From: Marsupella aquatica
Lineage: Eukaryota > Plantae > Marchantiophyta
Assembly: GCA_973895155.1 (NCBI GenBank)
Contig: OZ316898.1
Span: 12,489,659-12,553,658 of the forward strand
Reading direction: 5' to 3'
DNA: 64,000 nt
The position numbers and the translations under genes are program-made. The stretch's first letter is position 1. The number at the start of each line of letters is the position of its first letter. Below, in pieces: positions 13,201 to 24,426 of this stretch. The notes beneath the pieces are model-generated. The model was not told where the DNA came from, ran no database searches, and saw only the letters and a list, made by a program, of their open reading frames with translations.

Positions 13201-13549
13201 CCAACGTCCGCAAGTAACCTAGTTACCGGGATCCATGCTGCTATGATTGACATTTCTGGCGGAATTCCAGCATTGAACGATCGTCTTGTACAGGTAATAC
13301 ACTTCATTTCAGTATCTCTCTCTGTAGTCACGCGACCGTTCGCGTTATAAACTTATTTTCATTTCTTAATATTTTATAGAAGCCTATCTTGAAACCCCTT
13401 GATCGAGTATCGAAGGCACCAGTCTGGAAGTCCGGTGATCGTCCGGAGGCGGGAAACAAACAGACCGTTCTAGTACGTTCTCCAAACCCTGCGGCACAAA
13501 AATCACAGGTACAGATGGCGCCTAATCCATCAGCAAAGAAGTCACCGGT

Positions 13550-15898
13550 TCAGAAGAGACTTGTAATTTTCGATCTGAATCGGGTACTTATCTGGTCAGA
13601 GAAGATCAGCCCTGGGATGCCCATTCGGTCAAGGGGTGTGAGACAGATGCATAAGGTTATCTATCCAAGGCCTGATTTAATGGAATTTCTTGAGAAGGTG
13701 GCAGATCTATACGACATTGTGATCTGGTCGTGCATGTTCAAACGAAATATTCTATCTTGTGTAAGGCTGATACTTCGACCCGAAGTTTTGAAATATATTA
13801 AATTTATATGGGGACAAGAATCAACTCGACTTATTGGGAAGAATAATAATGACATCCCCTTATTTGTCAAATGTCTCTCCGACATTGCCGCCAATATTAA
13901 AGATTACAACATCGAGAATGTCATTCTTATCGATGATGCTGCATATAAGACGAGTCTTAATGACTTCTATTCATCGCTGTATCCCGATGCATATTCTGGG
14001 CTCGATGATGACCTATTTTTTAGAAAGAAACTATATCCATATCTATGCGACATGTCAATTGACAAGTTGACATTCCGCGAGCTCCTTAGTGGATATGGGA
14101 TTCCAACGTTCTCTCAAGAAAATCTTGAGAAAGATTATATTGATAAGACGAATCTTTAGAGGAGAAATGTGATCATTCGTAATCAGGGGAATAAAGACCA
14201 TTTAGAAAAGTTTGACAAATTTATGAAATACTTATCTGCCAAAAAAGACCGTGCTATAGAAGCCCGGGATAAGTCCAATAAGTAAACATTTATTGTTTAT
14301 TATCAATTATTATTTATAAATTGATTGAAATTGAACTTTATATTTTGGGAGTGACGCGTCCGGTCGCGTGGTTGTTTGTAATTGCATAATATGAGAATTA
14401 AATTGTTCATTTATAGGTGTCTAAGTGGAGCAGGTCGCGGGCAACTTCTAGTTGTAGGACTGGAAAACTTCCTGTGCTCTGTTTCAAAATATACTCCTCA
14501 GCTCAAGTCGACACCCGGAATTCGTATCGGATCTCTATGTGTCGTTCCGAGGCTGCATCTTCATGATCTCATAAAATTCTGTTATGATTTTGATGTGATG
14601 GTTTGGTCTATTCTCGACGATAAACTGGTTTATCAAATACTTTCAGAAGTGTTGTCGAGCACCGACCTGTCGTAGCTGATATATGTGTTCACGCGGGATC
14701 ATTGCTGGAATCTTGGTTATGTGAAGAAAAATTATAAGACTGTTGTCTTCAAATCTATCGAGAGACTACGTGATATGTTTCAAGATTATCGACCAGAGAA
14801 TATAATCTAGATTGATCCCTGTCCTTCCCATACATGCCAGACAGCTGTATGCCGATTATTGTTTGCTAAGTCGTTTCAAGGATCGTTGGATGATGTCTTT
14901 TTGAGGGATGACCTCATTTCATATTTACGAAAGCTACCAGATTCAGGGCTTTGTCTTGCGTCCGCTAACAAGTTTGATTATCCCATCTGGTCGATTAGAA
15001 ATCTACATCGAGATTGGGATCTGAACGAGGATATATGGGAGCATCTGTACGTGCAAAGACATGCGGATCAAGTTCTTATCAAGCACTTCAACAGACGTCA
15101 CTTATCAATAGCTAGAGTATAGAGGATGTTGTCTCTGTAATATGTGATGCGTCCATTCGCGTGACTACATCCATACGGGCTCATGCATCTTCTTGTGTTT
15201 CTCTACAGGAGATTCATTGCAGCAGAGAAAATGGGCTCATAGTTTTAGACGTGGAGCATCTACTTTGTTACACTGCACCGCATTCCCGACTGATGGCGGT
15301 CTCAACTGGAATTCAGATTGGGAATATATACGTTTTTCCAAGGCCTCATCTTCACGAATTCTTGAGATTCTGTTTTGAGAATTTTGATGTAGGGATCTGG
15401 TCTTCTCTTGGGAAGAACCTTTTAGATCAGATTTTAGCATCTATTTTTACTGCGATGGAAATGGCCTCATTTAAGTATATTTGGGATCAGTCTCATTGTT
15501 ACTTATGCGATGGGGTGACATCAAATAAGCGGATATTTTTGAAGTATTTTGAGAAGGTTGGAATTTATACGAAGGCATATCTGCAGCAAAATATAATGCT
15601 TATCGAATCCGATGCATTTCATGCTTGTTTAGATCCTGTTGTTGGATCATTATTTCCACCCAAATATTTTGGGTCGGTCGACGATAGTTTCTTGATTAAC
15701 TTGCTGATTCCGTATCTTAGCAAGCTAGCAAACTCTTGTGAGCCGCTTGTCATTGCCAATGGAAGAGATTATCCTGATTGGTCAGTTAAATCTATTTTTA
15801 GAGATTATGATTATAATCATACTCTATGGGAAGACCCTATGATTCAGAGGCATGGAGATAGATATCTAGTAGAGCAATTTAACAAACGCCCAATTTAG
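13550..15898 (+). other. Three tandem FCP1/NIF (CTD phosphatase-like) HAD domains, one per exon
   Basis: RLVIFDLNRVL...YPRPDLMEFL...DIVIWS...KFIWGQE...FVKCL...NVILIDD. Copies 2 and 3 repeat it (VPRLHLHDLIKFCYDFDVMVWS; FPRPHLHEFLRFCFENFDVGIWSS...YIWDQSHC). Confidence 0.85.
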
Positions 15899-17204
15899 GA
15901 CGCTTCCAAAATAATAGTCGGCATGAGATCAGATTAATTTGTATTGTCGTTCTAGAAACCATTTGTAAACTCCTTATATACTGGTTATCATATATAAAGG
16001 ATCTCAGAGATTTATTTCTCTATTATTATTATTCGCGTGAGCATGTTTCTTGGTCCCGTCAAGTTGGATTGGTTAAAATATGATGTTGCAGTCATTTTCA
16101 GGGTTTCACGCGCAGCCACGCGTCATATCGCCCCCTTTTATTAAAATAATAATAGTGATTTTTGGAATTTCCAAAGTTTGGTTTTCCTTAAATTGGGGTT
16201 AGCCTGTCCATTTTTGTTTCCCATGTAACTTATTGGTCCATCCAGGTTCTTGGTAAGGGGGTGCTACTTCCTCTTGGGGAGCTCAATTATTGTGGTGCGC
16301 AAAATTGCAATCCAAGCTCTGTTGGAAGGGTCACATGATATGGAAGTGTATATACACTCTAACCACTGTAACCAAGGGAACCCAGCTCCTTCAATTGAAT
16401 GAGAATGGAGGCCTGCATGGAAAGAGTATTGGAGAATTCTACTGAAAACTTTCTATTCCCAGTCAAATGCTTGTTTACATGTCATCTTTGAAACATAATG
16501 TAAAACATGTTATGTCTGCAGGAAATTGAAACATTTCCTTTGTGTCCATAAGGGTTTCAATCGTCCATCCAAGCTTCCATTTTGAGACAAATGCATGCGT
16601 ACATGTCATCTTGCAAACATAAGTGTAAAACATGCTATGGTAGCAAATTTAAGCAATTCATTTGTCCGTCAGGTTTCATGAGTCCATCCGGGCAGTGCAT
16701 CAAAAGCTCGTGTACGAGCATGTGCCATACAAGGTTTTACTTTGAGTCAAATTGCTCACATGTCATCTTTGTACATAAGTGTAAAAGCATGCTATGTGAG
16801 CAAATATAAACTTTTCATTGGCGTCCATCTTGGAATCCTGTCAAACTTTTGCATCCAATTGAACTTCCACACAGATGCATGTTTACAAGTCATCTTTGAA
16901 ACAGAAGTGAGAAACATGATATGGTAGCAAATTTAAGCAATACATTTTTGTCCATCGGACATCACCTGAAATGTATGTTTACAATATCTGAGTGTCCACT
17001 TCAAGTCAAATATATGGTTACATGTCAATTTTTGAGATATAAGTGTAAAACATGCTATGTGAGCAAACTTAAACCTTTCATTAATTTTGTCCATCTGGGC
17101 ATTAGGTCTAACGTTTGCAGCCAATCTGAGCTATTACTTGAGTCAAACGCATGTTTACAAGTTTTCTTTGAAACAGAAGTGTAAAACATTCTCTGTGAGC
17201 ACAT

Positions 17205-18680
17205 CAGTGGTGGACCTCGCAACCCAGTGCCCTCACCAATCCCAGCACTCGCGCCTAAGTGCCCTTGGTGTCCGAACGCCTCCACGGGATACCTCGAGCA
17301 AGCACCCTAGTGCCCCTTGCACCACCAGCGGCCACTCCCATACAAAGCCGCACTTGCTCTCCTACACGACCCCTACTCAACGATCCTCACCGTCTGCACA
17401 AGCAACCAAGCACCTCGGTAAGTAACCCTTCAGGATCTAGAACTCACCAAGTCTAGCATCCTAACTCAAGCTCAACAGACGTTGGTAAATAGGTCAGCGA
17501 TAGGTCCTCCCGATGCCATAAGCCGGAACCAGAACCCACGCCCACTGTCCGTCCAGGACAACTCCTTCCTTGGGCGCGGCCCGGGTTCCCCCTCGTACCT
17601 ATCCATCACCAACTGACCGCCCTGACCTTAGGACATGCTCATGGCCCAAATAGCATAGCTTGTCCTAAAGCTTGTTCCAAGCTTGTCTCAACACGCCGGG
17701 ACCAGAATGGCCCCGACTCTACCAACCACTCCCGGTTCGCCCCACTGATGGTCTAGGGACCAAGCGCCCTTGGGACTCAGCCTCCATACCTACTTGGCCT
17801 TGCCTCCCCAACGCAAGCTCCCTTGGGAGGCTGAACGCGGCTTGGTTGCTGTTTGGCAGGATTTGGCAAGCGGGCGAGCTAACACCCCAAACCACGAGAA
17901 CCCATGGCACCCCCAGACCAATCTGAGCCTCAAGAGTTTTCCAACGCACCCAAGAAGTCCTCCAACGGACTTCCCGTTGGGAAGATATTGTCATTTATGT
18001 TTGGCAGTTTCCCTTAGTGTCGCGACCGCCGCGGCTCACGACTTCGGCTCGACCTTAGCCCCCAAGGAGACACCACTCCCCTCATATATGCTTCTGGAGA
18101 CCTGCCACCCCCGGACCAGCTTTGGTCCCTAAACATTTGGCCCCCAACCCGGATCTCATCGCGCATAATGGGCGCGCCACCAACTGGAAACACCCATAAC
18201 TTTCTTGATAGGCATCCGCAAGCAGAGTGCCTTAGCCCGTTGTGACCAGGCCGACCCGGTGCTCATGCCTAGGCCCTCAGGTCTGATTGTCGCTCGGGGC
18301 CCCCGACTGGCCCAACCCGGATCGGGCCACAACTTGCGCCCCAAGCGTCCGTTGCCAATGACGTCAACTCCATTGGCCTTGGGCCCAAGAGGAGCTCACT
18401 CCCAAGCCCTCAGAACTCAAAGTCCATCCGACGGTCCGGACAGCCATCCTTGAGCCCGGCCCATTTCCCCTTGACCCGACCAGCCATAGGCTAGTCCAAG
18501 TCCTTAGTGTGTGTCCCCAGCTTGGCCCCTTGCCTCGCCAGTGCCACGTCTCATTGCCCACAAGTCTCCCCATGCTAAGTCCTCCCCGGATGGCCTATCC
18601 GGGCCTGGACCATAAGGGAGCTCGGCGTCGGAGTCAGCGATGCCGGAGCTAAGTGTTAAGGTAGTCGAGTTCCATGACTA
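17205..18680 (-). mobile_element. GC-rich, heavily decayed insertion, possibly a LINE ORF2 remnant
   Basis: Abrupt GC shift inside the AT-rich repeat. Faint pre-RT-like motifs on the minus strand (SCPG../FW...PIADLF.N). Many frameshifts. Confidence 0.35.
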
Positions 18681-18949
18681 CATCTGAATATTTCATTATT
18701 CCATCCAGGCATTATGTGAAACATTTTTGTACATCTGAGTATCCACGTCGAGTCAAATGCATGTCTACATGTCATCTTCAAATAATTGTGTAAAACATGC
18801 TATGGTAGAAAATTATGTAAGCAATTCATTTGTGTCCAATATGGTGTGTCAAAAGCAGGGCCATAATTGAGTTACGACCAAGGACATAAAATGCTTTTAT
18901 GAGCCAGACAAGAACATTTTGGGTACGTTACCTACATACCAGCTCCTTC

Positions 18950-20290
18950 AGAATATATATCACATTGCCAAAAAGACAGGACGCCAAACTGGGAGACATG
19001 GTCCCAAAGGCAAAAGAAGGGGGGAAGGGAAAGACCCCAAGAAGACCAAAGAGGCCGAACAAGTCAAGGAGTATCCCAGAAAAACCAAAAGACTAAGAAG
19101 CCAACAACAAACAAAAAACCCTATTGGGTTGAAATTGGGTTGAAACTGAGAAGCCTGGTAGAGCTTCAGAGTAAACCACATAAGAGGGTCATGGAAGGGA
19201 ATTTTCCTAGAGGCCCTCAAATCGACTGCCTCGGCCATATGAAGAATAGTGAAAGCCTGGCCCTCTGAAGAGCCACTAACACCCTCATTCGAAAGAAGGT
19301 CATGAGGACAGAAACAAGGGGAAAAGGTCTCCATTCAATACAAAACACAACACAAGCCCGAGGGAAGTGGTCAAAACGAGGGTGGAGAGCACCAAAGACC
19401 TCAAGGGCAAAAGGGTAGAAAAGATCCCCCGGGTAACGAGCCGCATAAGCATCCTCCTTGAGCCGAGCTGCCTTGGCTGCAGCATGTCTAGGAACATGGG
19501 CTGCTACAACAACGTTACTCCCACCAGTAGGATCAGCAACCACCACATCACCGAGGGAACGAACATGTGCCCGAGGAAACATCAGGTCAGCCCGACGCAG
19601 GTCAGAAATGCCATTCTTGGGGGGGGGGGGAGGGGGAAGGACATGCCGGTGCTCCATAGCAACATGGTACCCAGAGTCCCCAGAAATGGCAGCAACCACA
19701 TCCCGAATGTCATCGTGAGTCCCCGTCCACTCACTCTTGTGGCCGCACCTAAGAATATGAACACCGGATGGGTCCAAAGATACCCCACATACACAAAAGG
19801 GTTTGGCCGAGGAGGCAAGGATGAAGGAGGCCCAGATGGAGGTGCATAGACATGGTGAAGAGGAAGGAGCTTATGCGCAAAAAGGCAGGCTCCCTAACCA
19901 GAACCCGAGCAAGATAAGAGGTCGGCCCGAACCGAGTCCAAAGGTGCATCTGAGAGCATGCTAGAAAGGTAATGATGGTGCATGCGGTCAAAAATCACCT
20001 GCTAAACACAATCCAGATTGTCAAAGACTACCTCCACAAAAGCGGGAACAATAGCCTGCACAACCTCGGGTAGTAATGACCGAGCATGGTGGAGTTGAAC
20101 CTGGAATGAAAGACTCTCATCCTCCACCCCCATGACATGGTCAAAAAGGATGGGCCAAAGATATACAATGAACCCAGAGGCAAGAGCAGGTGCCCAACAA
20201 CCCAAGAAGACACAAGGGGCTGTGGCCACAAGAGAGGAAACGCCCATGCCCCCACAGGATGGGGGCAAAGAGACCTGTCAAGTAGCAAAA
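18950..20290 (-). mobile_element. 5'-truncated non-LTR retrotransposon with Zn-knuckle and restriction-like endonuclease (CRE/NeSL-like)
   Basis: ORF 19217..19777: DPSGVHILRC...THDDIRDVV...RRADL...GDVVVADP...AARLKEDAY...PFALEVFGAL. ORF 20002..20268 (GGMGV) matches the post-RT region. Confidence 0.85.
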
Positions 20291-20875
20291 GAATGGTATC
20301 TCCAACAACTTTCACACATAATACCTTGTTTATGGCATGACTCTGACCCTGCTTATCTCTTATGCATGTTTACGTGTCATTTTTCAAACGGAAATGTCAG
20401 ACGTACTATGGTAGCAAATTTAAACAACCATTCGTGTCCATCACGGTTTCACGTCCAAACGTTTGTGAGCATCTGAGCTTTCAAGGGTATTTTGAGATGG
20501 GCGCTGAAGCAAAATGTTTGAATGTACAAAACGGGACATAATTCTCTTCAGCAATAATGGCGATGTCAAAAGCAACTCTACATTCAAAGCACCATCGAAA
20601 TTGATCACAAGCATAATTAATTGCCCGTCGTTCACAAAGGCGGAAGTGATCATTCGTGCTCTCGTCCACCACCTCATTGATTGCGCTCCACAGAGAGCTT
20701 TCAGGAATTGTCGAAGATGTCCGATTGTCCAATTTCTCGTTCTTCAATTGGAGACAACCTTTCCATTCCTTGAATCTCAGCTGCTCTTCCTTTGCGATGA
20801 GTTGAGCACACGTATGCTTTGCGGACCGATCGGTCCGTGATCAGAGAGCGAGAGAGAGAGAGATAGACTACGGTC

Positions 20876-23506
20876 ATGTCTGCTAAATCCCAGCTTTCCA
20901 TCAGTGCGGCCTCTCGTTCCCTTCCACCTTCTATGTCTTCAATTGAGTCTCCAGGTAAGAAATTTCGCAGTCTCCAGGTAAGAAATTTCGCACCGATCTT
21001 GCTCTTGCAGGTGCTGGCGAGCTAGACCGCAGGATGTCCGGCGGTGACGGTGACGATGACGACGATAAAGAACAAGAAGACGAAGAAAATGAAGAAGAAG
21101 AGATACGAGATGAGAAAGTCGTGAGCGCTGCATCGGACAATCGACGAGGGAGGCGCCCGGTTCTCGTGGTCGGACACGTTTGCCATGACCGAATTACGCT
21201 TCCGGGAGGCTCCCGAGTCGATGCCGTAGGCGGTTCGGTCTCCTACATTTTGAACGTTTTCGAAGCGCTGGACATGCGCTCAGAGATTGTTTCGAAAGTG
21301 GGACCAGACTTCGTCTACTCGGCGCAACTACTGTCTCACCTTCCGCACGTCGTTGAGAGCGAATTGACCACAGAGTTTTTTGCGGATTTCACTTCTGGCG
21401 AGGACAGACTGCTCAGAGTGGGAAATGTCTGTGAGCCAATTTTCCCCCATGACATTCCATCTGGTCAAACTTATGAATTAGGGTTAGCCGTGGGCATCGC
21501 TGGGGAGGTTTTGCCGGAGACCATCGAACGGATGGCTCAGAACTCACGGATCGTAATTGCGGACGTTCAAGCTTTAATTCGAGACATTAATCCCATGACC
21601 GGTCTCGTCAGCCTTCGCCGCCTGGAAGATACCCCCTATTATAGCCTTTTGAGTCGCATTTCGTTTTTGAAGGCGGCTCGCATCGAGGCTACTTTTATTG
21701 ACATAGAGCAGGTCAGGCAAATGACTTGTGTAATTGTCACAGAAGGGGAGAATGGAAGCAGAGTTTACAGTAGGGATGACGAATTCAGGGTTCTACCGTT
21801 TCATGCCACGGAGTTGGATCCAACCGGAGCTGGGGATTGTTTTCTGGCTGGGTTCTCAGCCGGTCTTTCTGAGGGGCTTTCCGTGTATCAGGCGGTCCGC
21901 ATGGGAAACTATTTCGGAGCTCTCGCTGTCGAACAAATTGGAGTGCCTCAATTCACGGACAAGCAATTAGAGGTGAGTGTTTGTGTGAATTTTATGAGTG
22001 CTTCGCCCCTCCCAGTTTTGTTGTGGTTTTCGTTGCATATGCCCAATTTAACCTGGCCCGGCATTGCAATTATTTTTTCTGTTAGCTTACAGTTCCAGTG
22101 GCCACACGCACAACCCCCACAGACGATCTCCTAAATATCTTAGGGGGGGAGGGGGGGCGAGGAAGGAAACTTGAACGGAAGTTGGGAAGTTGAAACCGGA
22201 TTGTTACCGAAAGTGTTGACCTAGTTGTGAATAGGTCGATTTTTTGTGACATGCTTCGAAGCGAGGCCTGATGTATTGTACTAGAATCTGGAGACATGGT
22301 CTACGGGCTGCCAGGAAGTTGTGAACGAACCTAGCAACTAGTAACCTCTCTACTCATCCGTCTAATTTTTTGCAGCTTAGCGCTCTACTTCTGGAGAAAT
22401 TGACAGCCAATGTAAGTTCAAATAAAGGGCAACGATGAAGAGGGTTTCTGATCTACGCTAAGCTGCCAAATACTAAGATTAGGGGAATTAAGGAATAGGA
22501 TTAGCCCAGCATTACTGGCACTCTTATTGATCTAGGTCGTCCCGCGAGGGAACTTTGTGAAAGTTCGTGACAAAATGCGTGATGGAATTTATGTCATCAT
22601 ATTAAAAGATGGTTCGTAAAATATTGACATCCTTTATCTACCCAATCCATCACCTTGCAGCTGCAGAGTTGTAATGGAATTTTCATCGTGAAAACGTCCT
22701 GTTGTTGACGGGTCGCAGACTCTCAGACCTTTAGGTTAAGGAAAGCGGGTAATACCGCAAAAACCTGAGAACTGGTCGCTGGGTCGGTTATCTTGGGCTA
22801 AACATATTCTCTCTGCCGTATAAATCATCTCCCAATGATTGTTTCGCACTGAAAATGGCTTGTAATTGCTGCCCTCACCATGTCATCTCACTGGAGCAGA
22901 GAGAGTAGATTGAGCATAGTGATTAGCTAGTAATGTGATGCCGGGGTGAGGTCTCTCTGACTATTAGTCTGTTTTTAGGTTCAGTGATATATAGTACTCG
23001 TTATATGTGGGCCCTATCAAGGCTATGAACTCAAATGTCATAGTGGGTTCATGGACCCAAGTAATAAAAGCCTCCGCTTGCTCGAAGGTAATCAACTAGT
23101 CCGGTTGTCGCCAGGGGTGTTCCATTCCTTCCATATTGCTACCAGTGAGGTTTTCTTTCATCAGGATATGTTGTCAAAGAACCTCTTCTCGTTTGATATC
23201 CATCCATGAGGCTATAACTAAGCATGCCTGGAAGGCCAGACGTTTGCCTGGAAATTGGAAGTCGCATGCAAGCTGGAAGGCATTGCATGGGTACTGTAGT
23301 TACCGAGCACATGGGAAATTCATGAGAGAGTCAGAGCTATCAGTTCTACAGTGCAGAGGTGTCTAATACATCACAGTTCTGAATTTTTGGTTTGCCTGCA
23401 GAATTTGCAGGATATACGTAAAACGATTCTAGAAGAAGAGACGCCCTCTAAAGTTGGCCCTTTCGGACGAGAGATCCCCCACTGTATAAGGTGCAATAAC
23501 GATTAG
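20876..23506 (+). CDS. MIK: pfkB-family carbohydrate kinase, myo-inositol kinase (inositol 3-kinase)-like; exons 20876-20954, 21011-21972, 23402-23506
   Basis: VLVVGHVCHD, GGSVSYI, SKVGPDF, AVGIAGEVLPET, DVQALIR and the pfkB signature DPTGAGDCF closely match plant MIK/LPA3. The main exon is secure; the first and last exons are inferred from phase-consistent splice sites. Confidence 0.88.
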
Positions 23507-24300
23507 CTGCAGTACGGGGCTGTGCTCCGAAGAATTGTCATGTTTTGAGGCAACTGTCATTATTAAATGAATCGTTAGGGTATATTAATCCCGAGGCGTG
23601 TTCTCCCTTCCATTTGAATGATCGACTTATATTATTGCAAACGCCCGAACGTTTGCGATCTTTAACAGGGCTCCCTCCTTGGACCACACACCCTGCTAGG
23701 ACTTCTGTAATCACTGCTGGGAAATGGAAGAGTTCACTAACACCTCCCACCAGTAGAATGAGAATTGACCTGTGTTCGTGCCAGGTCTGCAGCCACTTCT
23801 GAAGGGACAATGTTGTGACTCTTCACTTTTTTATTCGGAGCAATGCTTGACCCTCGTATAAACGCTGGGTCAAAAAACATATGAAGGGCAGGTTTGGCTA
23901 CCGTACAGAATTTAGTAAAGCTTGGTCTGGAGTCTTGTGATGGCGCTCCAGGACAATTTATGGAGATATAGAATCCCTCCATTTAGTAATTGTGAATGCT
24001 TCAGTGGAGCACAAGATCCCGATCATTGTACGCCTAAAACGATCCTCATTATCGCCTCTAGTCATCTGATCCTGGTGGAGCATTGCGGCAGAAGGATGGA
24101 ATCATAAATCTGAGAGATAATCATGCACCATTGACCTGACAACGATTTAATACCTGATATAGCACTTTTGACTGCTAAACTAGAACCACCGACACTGGTT
24201 TCTGACATTCTGAATAATTAAAACTTTCAAGCTTATCAGTACTGTACTTTTTGGCCCACCAAGGATGCATTCCGATTGGTATCTTTCAAACTGCGAGAAG

Positions 24301-24426
24301 TCACCGTCATCTAGGCTAACCCCATTGATGATCCTTGATGCTCAAAATCGTTACTCACCAGAATCACCGTCATCTAGGCTAACCCCATTGATGATCCTTG
24401 ATGCTCAAAATCGTTACTCACCAGAA
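24301..24426. repeat. Perfect 63-bp tandem duplication
   Basis: TCACCGTCATCTAGG...TCACCAGAA occurs twice. Confidence 0.95.

Larger units (their letters stand above)
7545..15898 (+). pseudogene. 8-exon multidomain gene (~2510 codons): ParB/Srx-like, degenerate DNA amino-MTase-like, acidic/coiled-coil, Ulp1 peptidase C48, 3x FCP1/NIF HAD-like; one frameshift and ~9 premature stops
   Basis: Exons 7545-8782, 8914-10218, 10318-10639, 10768-12353, 12505-13293, 13380-14281, 14417-15116 and 15209-15898. All introns are GT-AG and phase-consistent. A 1-bp loss lies near 8280; in-frame stops at 8696, 9190, 9451, 10594, 11043, 11889, 14157, 14673 and 14808. Confidence 0.8.
1..16158 (-). mobile_element. 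Arm of a putative giant cargo-carrying DNA element (possibly Helitron); no transposase or RepHel in the window
   Basis: A shared palindromic motif runs from base 74 to 16123 and was not noticed further on. Cargo includes Ulp1 and F-box domains and tandem arrays. The reverse complement at 16159 reads A|TCACTATTATTATTTTAATAAAAGGGGG, resembling a Helitron 5' TC terminus. Confidence 0.5.
16460..20470. repeat. Degenerate ~100-130-bp tandem repeat (GTCAAATGC..TTTACATGTCATCTTTGAAACA.AAGTGTAAAACATGCTATG) split by two insertions
   Basis: About six copies at 16460-17200; further copies at ~18750-18840 and ~20360-20450. Confidence 0.75.

Noticed and set aside
6554-15898. Endogenous giant-virus segment
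   Set aside because: No viral hallmark genes, and the genes have plant-type spliceosomal introns; not fully excluded without the left flank.
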